A DNA stretch of 64,000 bases from Massalongia carnosa (taxonomy: Eukaryota). The stretch is from positions 1,798,001 to 1,862,000 of the forward strand of contig OZ287072.1 in the NCBI GenBank assembly GCA_965645245.1, in the 5' to 3' direction. Below the pieces are notes generated by a model. That model ran no database searches. It was not told the origin of the DNA and was given only the letters and a program-made list of their open reading frames with translations. Both the position numbers and the translations under genes were made by a program. How positions within the stretch are numbered: position 1 is the stretch's first letter; each line of letters begins with the position of its first letter. Positions 49,598 through 59,418 of the stretch are shown one piece after another.

Positions 49598-52500
49598 CTA
49601 TGTATCGCTATCGTTCAACTTAAGTTTCATCCTAAGCGCAGCCCTCAAACTTTCCACAATCTCCTTCCCGAACCAATGCCAAGTATTGCCGCGCCGACTC
49701 AAGCCGTCCGCCCACGCGAACAAGATCCTCAGGTTCCAGAGTCTTTCACTTTTGCTGCTCGCTATACACCCAGTCTCCAAAACCAGCCGGTCGTCGACCA
49801 CGGTTCCCCGGAGCGTGTTGTAGACCGCGCTAGTGGCGTCTGTGGGCAACACCAGCGCCCGTTCCGCTCGGTTGTAAAGCGCGAACGAAGGTAACGTGAA
49901 GATCCACAGGAAAGCTTGCTGGTTGACTTGATGGATCGATTGCCTATCGATGAGCGCTTGCATTGTGGCGCTGAAGACCGACGCATGAGCGTCGTACGCC
50001 GCGCGGCGGCGAACGTAAATGCTCTGATGGGTCTGGAAAGCTCGGAAGTGTGCCGGGTTGTCGGACAGCTGGAGAGTAACGCGCCAGTATTCCGAGTCGT
50101 CGGTCTGAATGGTAGCGACGGTGGCAAGGTCCGGGAGAAGGCACGGTGCTGTCATGAGCACCTCTTCACCAGTACGAAACGTTACACGCACGGCAAGTGA
50201 CACAGGGTGGTCGGAATCGGCGTCACGGGTCACAAGGCAGCGGGGTTCGACCGCGAGGACCCAGAAGTGCCGGAAAGCTTGAAGATGCGACTTATTGTCG
50301 AGAACAGAGTTAGGGAAAAGGGGGTAGAAGGTACAGAGGAGGGATGCGACAGCAAGGTTCGAGGTGTTGAAGGTGTGAGTGCCTCCGCCCAGAAACAGAA
50401 TTCCAATGGCTAGATGAGCCGCGAGATGGCTGCCGTATGGGGTGTCTGCATCGGTGCGACCGTGAAGGGACCGCAAGCGGCGGAGGATGAGCAGGTCTCC
50501 TGTGCCGGCCATGACACACGCCGCGGCGAGGGCTACCACATCCTGACAGTTTCGGGTACTGATGCGGGCGAGTTTTCCGTCATAATTCGAGGCCGGAAGC
50601 CTGCAAATCCGCATAAATTGATCGAGATACTGACACAGGAGGCTCCGGACCTGGAAATGCCCTGTGCCTGCAAATCGCAGTCCAATGCTCAAGCAAAGCC
50701 CAGCAATTATGTTGATGAGGGGCATATCCTCGCTATTCAGGATTCGAATGGTGTTCAACTTGAGCTTCGATCGATATACTGCAGGTAACTGTCTCTCCAT
50801 CCATTCGCTTGTAAAATGAATATAGTCCCACATTATCAGATGACGAGCAACAGTCCGCAATAGGAAAACATCAGGCCTTACGTAGTCAAACTGATGAATG
50901 GTATCTGGTATGTCGATTTTGCGGGCAAGAGCCAAATCGTGTGTTTTCATGAAAATTAAAGCAATAGCAATTGTTGCTGCTGCCGTTGCTTTATCGAGGA
51001 CGTGTACTATATTTACTCTCCTGGTCCCAACAGCAAGAGCTAGTAGTCTTTGAACAATGTGCATATCATGAAGCCCTTTCAAATCTTTGCCGTGGCCCAA
51101 ATTTATGTAACCCAGAGCAAAACCAGCGGCCAGTCTATACCCTTCGTCCCGAAGGCTGTCCAGAGGACAAGAATTATCTCCATGATCGACACTCTCCATT
51201 TCGGAGAGCATTATCTCGCTCATCCGACGATGCTGTGTATTGAAATAAAGAAGGCCCATGCCCATAATCCCACTTGTCTGGGTCAAGGGGGAAATATTCA
51301 ACTCCGCCGCACCTGGAGGTAGCATGCGCGTAACGTGGACTGAAAGCAGGCGGGTGAGAAGAGTATCCATTGTACCTATATAAGACGCCGAAAGACCAAG
51401 AAGTAAACCTATGGATGTCATCGTATGCTTGGGAGTTAAATACTTAAAAGCGACCCATCTGGCAATCGATTTGAGATGGCCATTGAGACCCAGAGCCAGT
51501 ATAAACCCAGCATGTCTATTCTTAAGCTCATAGGGTTTGTTGAACAATATCCACGAGGCGTCCACCCCTTTCGCGTTCTTTGCAATGCTCAAACCTGCTT
51601 CAACACCAGCATGGAAGAAAGCCCAAGACACCTTCTCTTCGGTATAGGCATTCCGATCAGCCGTGACGGTAGTATTCGTAGGCTTCATAACACATCCTAA
51701 CGTAAACCCATGTATTGGAAATTTCTCAGTTGGCAATGGTACACGGGCACAGTAAAATAGCAAACCCCGACCTACGGAAACCGAAAGTGTTCGCATTGCA
51801 ATAATTTTCACCAGTTCCTGCTGCGCTTCGAGGAGTTCTGTATCTGACCAATCCAGTTCAGGAACGCATCGAGCAATTGGCGCATGTAAAGGATGTACCA
51901 GCTTCGCAGCTTCTGCGAAACGCTGATCATCCTTAAATATAAGACGAGTGATTTCTTGCCTGTCCTCCTCGGCCGATCCATCGTAAGCCCCAACAGTCTC
52001 GATTTCAAGCGTAGAGCTGCAAATGGTACGAAAATCGACTGTGGCTTCGTTTACAGGCACGACAACAGGGTTCACGGGATAAATTACACCAGGGAGTGTC
52101 GGAAGAAGCTTGCCTATATCGTACCTTCCAATCAAGCCCAGGATTTTCGTATCCCAGGTTGTAACGGGTTGACTTTGACACGACGAGATCGCTGCTCGGA
52201 AAGCCACGGCTACACTTTCAGGTAGTTTTTCTAGAGCCGTTATGTCGTAACCCATAGAAGCTATTTCTTCTACAACGACTTCAGCTGAGCCTTGTAAATA
52301 TGAGCCAAGCATTTTGGTGATAACGATTGTTTGAGGTGTTAGATCCATCAAGCGCCTGACAGAAGCTTCACTTTCACTCCTCGCTCTCGGCAGATCTGCC
52401 GGCAGCCTCACGATATCGGGGAGTGTAACGAATGACATATGATTACCTACCAAATAGGCTGTCTCAATCGAATGCAATATTGAGGGTGGTGCAAAAGGCT

Positions 52501-55500
52501 CCACGGGTAGTATCAGGTTGTGGATGGTTGAGGTATCAAATAACCAGGACTTCATGCCTGCGCTTTCGAGCATATAATATGATCCGATTCTGGAGCCCCA
52601 CGACTCCCATCCAAGCCAATTGCCAATCTGTGCAAGGATAGGTGTGAGTTTATGAAGCGCGCTGATAGCCAACACATCCAGCTTATATTCTTCGCGGAGA
52701 AGATGTAAGCCTAATAGAACGGCAGCTAATGCATGTCCTCTAGAAGTTGAGCTTCTTGACAGTGCGTTGGCAAGATAGGCACTCTGTTCACCGGTGTCTA
52801 GAGATACATGCGACCTGTGATAGTCTCGGGTGAGGGACAAAAACTCGATTAGCTGAGAGGTCTTATTTGCCGTGAAGCCGCTACTTGCAGACTTTGTTGA
52901 TGATCCCAATGGCTTGGATGATTTTGTCAGGGGTATATTCGTGGGTGTGGTTTCCCGTTGCAAAATCCAGCTCCATGCAGCATCCTTCATCCAAGGAGGT
53001 GAAATAGAAAAGCGGCTTTCTTCCTTTAACATGGTTTCCCAGCTCTCCAGGTCGGTATTTGCTCCACTACTGGATCTTAAAAGACCACCCTTACGCTTCT
53101 TTTGACGTGCAGCAGCGTCCGGCTCGTCTACAGCAGACTCTACCGCTGTAAAGAACAGAACAATAACCACCGAAGCCCACTCAATGTCGTTGACAGTGTT
53201 GTCATGTACACGAAGCCATGACATTACGTCCCACCAACCTTGGAGGATCGACTCTTTCTCCCTGTCAGTATAAGGAAGTACCGACTCAACAATACGAATC
53301 ATTCTGTGGACATAAGGGCTGTATGGTTTTAGCTGTATTCTAATGCGATGTCTTCGTGTTTCGTTGTCAATGATGTCAACCTTCCCATGATTATCTGCAT
53401 TTTCTAAGGCTATTAAGTATTGCGGGCCTCTGCTCAGGATTCTCTTCAAACTACCTTCTCGTCTCCCGCTTGAAGAGTCGCCATTCTCTAAATTGAAAGG
53501 ATTGTTGAGAAGCAAGGTAGAAGGAAATTGAATCTTGAATACGGTACTCCATGGAGCTTGTAATGACAACTCATTTCCACCATCAGCACTTTTGCTGATA
53601 AGGAGAATACGAGAATAGTCTCCATCTCTAATCTTACAGGCATCGATAGTGTCGGCGTACTTGGTAGTCTCTACAACATGAGCTTGGTATTTATTTCCGC
53701 CCCTACGGGGCCTATCCGTTATCATTCGGGATGGATCGCGACTGCTCCCCTTGAGCGCTTGATGCTGCAAGCTAATCCGAAGAACCAGAAGTACGTTTGT
53801 CTTACGATTGAGGAGACACATTACAACATTTCTGTCTTCAGGCTTGTCTTCGAGGCTGTGGTCTGGTGTTTTCAAAGTGAAAATCTTGTATCCTTTCTGG
53901 CCAGTTGTTAGGGAGGAAGCTTCGTAATCCTTATGAGGTATAGCATAGATACCTGTGAAGATCATCTCTTTACGAAGCCCTCGTACAGCATCGCCTGACC
54001 CGGGTTTATCCGCGCAGACTGAATCAGCCATCAGATCAAATTCGTCTAGGTCTTCCTCAAAAGATGAACCAGAGGAAGCGAGAGGATCAAGGCCAGGATT
54101 TAGGCCACTGAAAGACTTTGAGTAAGTTTTGATAGTCCCACGCTCCAATACGGAGGTTACTCGCATGCCGTAAGCCCCAAACGATGCTCCTCGTCGGCTG
54201 CCGTTGAATGCAGCAGAGCCACTAGCGATATCGGTAAACGTCGATTGATCACGACTGGAGGATAGATCAGCTCGGGCAAGCAGCGAGCTAACCCTTCTGG
54301 AAGATTTTGCTGGAAAGCTTGAATTCCCAAATGCTGGATCTAGCTGTGAGACTAAGTCACCATCGGTACCCGCAAGATTCTCTTCAAGTGTAGGATCCTT
54401 CAAGGGTTGACCCCGTGATACCATGTTACCGAGACTATCCCTTCCCCCAGCAGCTACTCTTGCAACAGGAGTTGAAGCTCCGGTAGCAACGCCAGGCCCG
54501 TATGAACTTCTACGACGTGATTGCAGCCTGTTTCCCGTTGAAACACGAGGTTTATGTGGGTAATTATAGGTTTCCCTATCAACGTACCCAGCTAACCAGA
54601 TGGTTAGCAATCCTGTGTCACTATTTTGTGTCACCGCGAGCACATTTGGCGTTGTTAACGCGGTTGGCTCTTGCGGTCCAAATTCTTCGTCTGACGATAC
54701 ATATAGCAAATCCTCGTTTGGGTCAAATAGATCAGAATAATATTTATTATAACTTTGATTATTCAAGCTGTATGTCGACATATGCGCTTGGCCTGTGACC
54801 ACGATACCCATCTCAGAAAGAGGATCAGTCAAACAATATAGTCTTGGAAGCTTGACCTCGGCAGGTTTGCTGGCTGGGCGCAAGAAATCGTTGAATAGAG
54901 GCAAAGAAGACAGGTAGGAATCTGTGGCCCTGGATATTTCTGGAGACCGCGGTTCTTGGGTGCTTGAAACCCCCTTGGAACTCGAATGATGCCCATGTCC
55001 ATTGGTGCTAGGTGGGGATAGGCTTATAAGATGTTTCGATCCTTGCTTAGGGATTGTGGAGACCTTGCGTTGCAGGAGCAGCCCTTGATACAATGGATAT
55101 ACCTTTTCAACCTCAAAGGGCAGATGCACAGTATAGCTAGTACCAGCGAGAAAGAATACATGTGCTTGCGTTCTCAAAACAATGACAAGAGCGCGATCCC
55201 TCTGCGCATTTTTTCTATTTGGTAGTTCTCTATCTGGCGAGAGATTAAGGTCTATTTTAACATGGCTTGGCCCGTCATCTGGTGCAGTCGTTGCTACTTT
55301 CGGGGTTGGCTCCCTTGATTTTCTAATATTTAAGCCATTCTTCGTAAGTGCATCGTCTAGCTGGCGGGGAGATCTATCAGTTTTGATTGCAGAACTAGGC
55401 TCGGAAGGAAAACAGGTAAAGATTGCCTGGGTGACCCTTTCTCCTTCAACTTCAAAGCGAAAGACCCTCTGAATGACAGAACCACGAGACCAGATGACAC

Positions 55501-55672
55501 AGCGGTCCGTCGTAGCAATTTCCTCCTCTTCCTCGTCAATTTCATTGCCATGCCCATTTACAGTCTGCCATCTAAGAAGATCTTCGGTTGCATTCGGAGG
55601 TAGTATACCCTCGGCGACAAGAAATGTAAGTGCTGCAGGTTTATGAATGCCAAGAGAGATCACCGAAGCCAT
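49598..55672 (-). CDS. APC1: Anaphase-promoting complex subunit 1 (BimE/Cut4), intronless, ~2024 aa
   Basis: W..FH.GV, HAGF.LALGLNGHL, PC repeats, YGSHLA.HLAIG.LFLGGG, HLQAFRH motifs. Confidence 0.96.
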   Translation of the reverse strand: MASVISLGIHKPAALTFLVAEGILPPNATEDLLRWQTVNGHGNEIDEEEEEIATTDRCVIWSRGSVIQRVFRFEVEGERVTQAIFTCFPSEPSSAIKTDRSPRQLDDALTKNGLNIRKSREPTPKVATTAPDDGPSHVKIDLNLSPDRELPNRKNAQRDRALVIVLRTQAHVFFLAGTSYTVHLPFEVEKVYPLYQGLLLQRKVSTIPKQGSKHLISLSPPSTNGHGHHSSSKGVSSTQEPRSPEISRATDSYLSSLPLFNDFLRPASKPAEVKLPRLYCLTDPLSEMGIVVTGQAHMSTYSLNNQSYNKYYSDLFDPNEDLLYVSSDEEFGPQEPTALTTPNVLAVTQNSDTGLLTIWLAGYVDRETYNYPHKPRVSTGNRLQSRRRSSYGPGVATGASTPVARVAAGGRDSLGNMVSRGQPLKDPTLEENLAGTDGDLVSQLDPAFGNSSFPAKSSRRVSSLLARADLSSSRDQSTFTDIASGSAAFNGSRRGASFGAYGMRVTSVLERGTIKTYSKSFSGLNPGLDPLASSGSSFEEDLDEFDLMADSVCADKPGSGDAVRGLRKEMIFTGIYAIPHKDYEASSLTTGQKGYKIFTLKTPDHSLEDKPEDRNVVMCLLNRKTNVLLVLRISLQHQALKGSSRDPSRMITDRPRRGGNKYQAHVVETTKYADTIDACKIRDGDYSRILLISKSADGGNELSLQAPWSTVFKIQFPSTLLLNNPFNLENGDSSSGRREGSLKRILSRGPQYLIALENADNHGKVDIIDNETRRHRIRIQLKPYSPYVHRMIRIVESVLPYTDREKESILQGWWDVMSWLRVHDNTVNDIEWASVVIVLFFTAVESAVDEPDAAARQKKRKGGLLRSSSGANTDLESWETMLKEESRFSISPPWMKDAAWSWILQRETTPTNIPLTKSSKPLGSSTKSASSGFTANKTSQLIEFLSLTRDYHRSHVSLDTGEQSAYLANALSRSSTSRGHALAAVLLGLHLLREEYKLDVLAISALHKLTPILAQIGNWLGWESWGSRIGSYYMLESAGMKSWLFDTSTIHNLILPVEPFAPPSILHSIETAYLVGNHMSFVTLPDIVRLPADLPRARSESEASVRRLMDLTPQTIVITKMLGSYLQGSAEVVVEEIASMGYDITALEKLPESVAVAFRAAISSCQSQPVTTWDTKILGLIGRYDIGKLLPTLPGVIYPVNPVVVPVNEATVDFRTICSSTLEIETVGAYDGSAEEDRQEITRLIFKDDQRFAEAAKLVHPLHAPIARCVPELDWSDTELLEAQQELVKIIAMRTLSVSVGRGLLFYCARVPLPTEKFPIHGFTLGCVMKPTNTTVTADRNAYTEEKVSWAFFHAGVEAGLSIAKNAKGVDASWILFNKPYELKNRHAGFILALGLNGHLKSIARWVAFKYLTPKHTMTSIGLLLGLSASYIGTMDTLLTRLLSVHVTRMLPPGAAELNISPLTQTSGIMGMGLLYFNTQHRRMSEIMLSEMESVDHGDNSCPLDSLRDEGYRLAAGFALGYINLGHGKDLKGLHDMHIVQRLLALAVGTRRVNIVHVLDKATAAATIAIALIFMKTHDLALARKIDIPDTIHQFDYVRPDVFLLRTVARHLIMWDYIHFTSEWMERQLPAVYRSKLKLNTIRILNSEDMPLINIIAGLCLSIGLRFAGTGHFQVRSLLCQYLDQFMRICRLPASNYDGKLARISTRNCQDVVALAAACVMAGTGDLLILRRLRSLHGRTDADTPYGSHLAAHLAIGILFLGGGTHTFNTSNLAVASLLCTFYPLFPNSVLDNKSHLQAFRHFWVLAVEPRCLVTRDADSDHPVSLAVRVTFRTGEEVLMTAPCLLPDLATVATIQTDDSEYWRVTLQLSDNPAHFRAFQTHQSIYVRRRAAYDAHASVFSATMQALIDRQSIHQVNQQAFLWIFTLPSFALYNRAERALVLPTDATSAVYNTLRGTVVDDRLVLETGCIASSKSERLWNLRILFAWADGLSRRGNTWHWFGKEIVESLRAALRMKLKLNDSDT

Positions 55673-56500
55673 TGGCACACTTGGCGAGTGTTTACTTGAA
55701 CTCCCTTATGAAATGGACATGCAGTGATCGAGATACCATCATTGTTTATTAGGAGATAATAGAAACCAAATCGACGCAAAAGAGGACGTGTAAATGGAGG
55801 TGATTATACAAAGTACAAACACCGAGTCTGGAGGGTTGACCGCATACATAAAACAAGTTCTCTGGGTGAGTTACTCCAGATGTAAAACGCTACAACGACA
55901 CAAATCGATTAGTTACAGAGTACTCTGTGATGCAATGCGTTTTCATGTGCAGTTCGATGCCGAGTCCAAAAGGTTCGACTGGATTGTTGTCATAACACGA
56001 TATTAACAGGTACATAAGTACTTCTGTATAAAGAGCCAAGTGTCTGTCATTGGGCCTCGCTATCTAGGCGTGCACGCGGATCACAAACATGCTCTATACC
56101 TATATTCCAGTAATGCTAATGTGTGAAAACCCCTATCATAACCTTTCATCTACATTTTGGGTCATGTTTGCTTGGAAGGTGTTCTACCTATTCTGTACCT
56201 CTGAATCATTTAACAACTACATAAAGACGCAGCATGTACAGTATGTAAGCGAGTTTTGGTGTCACATTCATTTTCGATTTCTCAGGAACGACTTGAGCCC
56301 ATGATATTCTCTATTCTGTTGTCTATTTCCTTCTGGTCCGGACACAAACTCATAACTTACCACCTAGGATATACATAAACGAGATAGTTTTTAAATTAAT
56401 GAGTGTAGTCAGCAGGTTATTTTGTTGTTTTGAGACTCCTCCGCTACCATGCAGACCGCCTCAATTCTAACGTGGATACTTCTGCTTCGATTCTGTCAAC

Positions 56501-58218
56501 ATGGCTGAGAGCGACCCGGCCCTATCACGGCCCTTGAGTGTAGAGCAAATAGTCGAGATAGCACAGAGTTTTGACTACAATCCCCTGATACCGCTTAAAT
56601 ATTGGCTGAGGACCGCCACAACTTTATTGAAGGAGGTAAAAGAGAGCTTGTTGCCTAATCTCAACCTTCCTACGTTAACTTCTACTCTACCAGGCAGATA
56701 TATATGAGCGCGAGGGTAATGAACAGCAGACCTATCTCTTGCTTTTCAGGCATGCGCAGCTTGTCTTGCGCAACCTAGGGACCCATCCTGACAGTCGTCA
56801 ACCGCAAAACCGTAAAAACTTAGTCAGTGCTATGCAAGCTGTTGAGCCTAACCTCGCAAAACTTGAGGTATTGAAACCGCGCCTGAATTCACGATATCAA
56901 AGGTACGAGCAAATACGAAGGGACCGTGGGAATACAAAAGTCTCAAATACCGTCTCTGGAGTCGGTAATCCACACGCTTTAGAAGGCGTAAGTAATCAGG
57001 TAGACGATGATTTCGATCCTGGTATGCAGACGTTGACTGCGAGGAAAAATGGAGACTTGGCTGTCAAGTTAGCGCACCGGGAGATCAGACGGCGTGCCAC
57101 TGCGAGGGAATCTTCTCGCTGGCCCGCACGTTCTGTAGATGAGAAACAAGAAACGCGGAGGACGGGGCTTGGGAGGGACTGGAAGAATAACCCCGGGGAA
57201 AATGCTCCAGCATTGGATCAATACGATTTGAGCGAACATATGCAGAAAGTGCGCTCCCAGGTGAATTGCGAAGGCAACGATCGGAAGAAGAATGAGGCTT
57301 CCTTACCATTACCCGAACATCGAACACTGACTTACCGCTATCCAACGGTGCCGGAGCAAAAACTATATAAACCTAAGGTTTCAAGAAAAGAAGACTCGTC
57401 AAACTTAAGTTCCCTTCAAAGAGCATTTGAACGCGCCCCAGAGCCACCACCAAAGAACAGGGAAAGGTCAATGGGCAGCGGTACGGTCGATCCATTAGGC
57501 CAACAAGGCGATGTCCCAAAGCATGAGCTGCCCCATGGCTTCGCTACTATCAACCGTTCAGAAGAAGACTTTGAATCCACAACGTTCACCTTCAAACCCT
57601 CCGCTTATCTCGAAAATGGTTCACCCCTCCGAACAATCTTTCTACCCCCTGATCTTCGCCTTCGTTTCTTGGCTCTTGCCTTGCCTAATACTCAAGCTAA
57701 TCTCGAAACATGCGGCATACTCTGTGGGACACTGATCTCAAATGCGCTTTTTATTTCGAAATTGGTGATTCCAGACCAAAAGAGCACCTCTGACACGTGC
57801 GAGACAGTGAATGAAGACAAACTTTTTGATTTTGTGGACGGCGAAGATCTCATGGTCCTTGGGTGGATCCACACGCATCCAACCCAGACCTGTTTCATGA
57901 GTTCAAGAGATCTGCACACACATTCTGGATATCAGGCGATGATGTCGGAGAGTATAGCGATTGTTTGTGCCCCCAGCAAGGGAGAGTATGACCAACCCGT
58001 AAAATACATTTATTGAATAACGCTAATTGACTTACAGCTGGGGAGCCTTTCGTCTCACCGACCCGCCAGGAATGAAGGCAGTTTTGAGTTGCATGCAGAA
58101 AGGACTTTTCCATCCGCATTCGGAAAGTGATCTATACACCGATGCGCTACGACCAGGGCACACGTATGAAGCAAAGGGGCTGGAATTTGACATTGTAGAT
58201 CTGCGGCCAGCAATTTAA
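56501..58218 (+). CDS. sst2: AMSH/STAMBP-like JAMM deubiquitinase; introns 56636-56693 and 57986-58037
   Basis: N-terminal USP8-dimer/MIT-like region; ETCGILCG; GWIHTHPTQTCFMSSRDLHTH JAMM motif; splicing restores the frame. Confidence 0.93.
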
Positions 58219-58508
58219 ATAGCCTTGCAGAGTGGGCAATTGAACAGTAACTGAAACATCAGCTCCACCCTCATAAGAGGTTGAAGCAGAACTGATCAAA
58301 CGTAGCAGTTGAAGCGCGCGCCAGCATGAACCCTCATCATAAATTCCAGCCAATGGTTAAGCGGGTTCAATTGTTGACATATTTTGCTCCGATAAATGGA
58401 TTCAGGATCAATTTTTAAAGTGCGCCGGATTAATGTAACTACTGCCCTTGGAATACACATATTAGTGTCCTCACTCTCCTTTTATGGTTTTTGGCTTTCC
58501 ATCCTAGC

Positions 58509-59042
58509 CTAATCAACCCTCGTTTGCCGCTCGTTTTTCTTTCTATCCATGACCTCTACCGCACGTTTCAAGCCTTGAAGTTCTAACAACCTTTTCCTTT
58601 GGCAAAATTCATGGCTGACAAATGCGCCGAAGCAAAACGTGGCAACCGCCCAGCTACAAGCTTTCAAGGTTGGCGCTGCGTCCGTCAGACAAATCGGACC
58701 ATATAGGAAAAACAAGAACCATGACGGACCCCCTATGATAGCGCGCATACCCCCAACCCCAAACCCAGCTCCAATGCCAATGAGCAAAGCATCTCGCGCA
58801 CATGGCTTCCTGTGAACCTCTTTGAAATCTTCGAGCTTGATTGTCTTGACTGCTTCGATGATCGTAGTTTCCTTAAGCTGGCCTCCGGCGGTATTCATAT
58901 GCCCTCCAGGCAAGATATTGGCGTTTTCGGGAGCCATCGGGGCGACAAACTTCGCGTGCGTCGTGTCTTGACTAGACGGAGATTTCACGTGTTCTGGTGG
59001 AGGGGGATTTCGCGATAGGTCTTCTCGAGTATCTGCTGCCAT
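58509..59042 (-). CDS. COX20: Cytochrome c oxidase assembly chaperone; probable in-frame intron 58676-58729
   Basis: PCARDALLIGIGAGFGVGG and KACSWAV..F.....S.EFC motifs. Confidence 0.88.
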   Translation of the reverse strand: MAADTREDLSRNPPPPEHVKSPSSQDTTHAKFVAPMAPENANILPGGHMNTAGGQLKETTIIEAVKTIKLEDFKEVHRKPCARDALLIGIGAGFGVGGMRAIIGGPSWFLFFLYGPICLTDAAPTLKACSWAVATFCFGAFVSHEFCQRKRLLELQGLKRAVEVMDRKKNERQTRVD

Positions 59043-59184
59043 GGTGTTCTGCCGAGCCTTTGTTCACGGAGTTGATTACGTAGATACCTGAGAATGGGAC
59101 AAAGGGTAAGTAAGTTAGCGATTTGGCTACTGGGGCTAAAAGTTACCTCATTCGGATAGGTAAGGCACGCTAAGTCGTCAATTA

Positions 59185-59190
59185 ACGCGT
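59185..59190. promoter_or_regulatory. MCB (ACGCGT) element in the divergent COX20/POL2 intergenic region
   Basis: Exact ACGCGT ~230 bp upstream of the POL2 ATG; near-match TCGCGT at 59215-59220. Confidence 0.55.
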
Positions 59191-59418
59191 TGTCAATCAA
59201 TATCTTGGCGTGGCTCGCGTGTTCGCCGGAAGTTGTTGCTAACTCCACCAAAGAATAGAGCATTGCGAACCTCTACTTTTTAAAGAGTATTGCTGGACTA
59301 TAGTTTGAAGCATTACGACTCGCATTATGTCAATGAACTTATTCAAAAACTACTCACAACTTTCAAGTTAGGAAACTAACCCCCAGGCATCTTAACTGCT
59401 TTTCCAGTCTCGTACTCA

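Noticed and set aside
49505..55557. Numerous short ORFs overlapping APC1 (likewise within MTF1 and POL2)
   Set aside because: Shadow or antisense frames of long conserved genes with no recognisable motifs.
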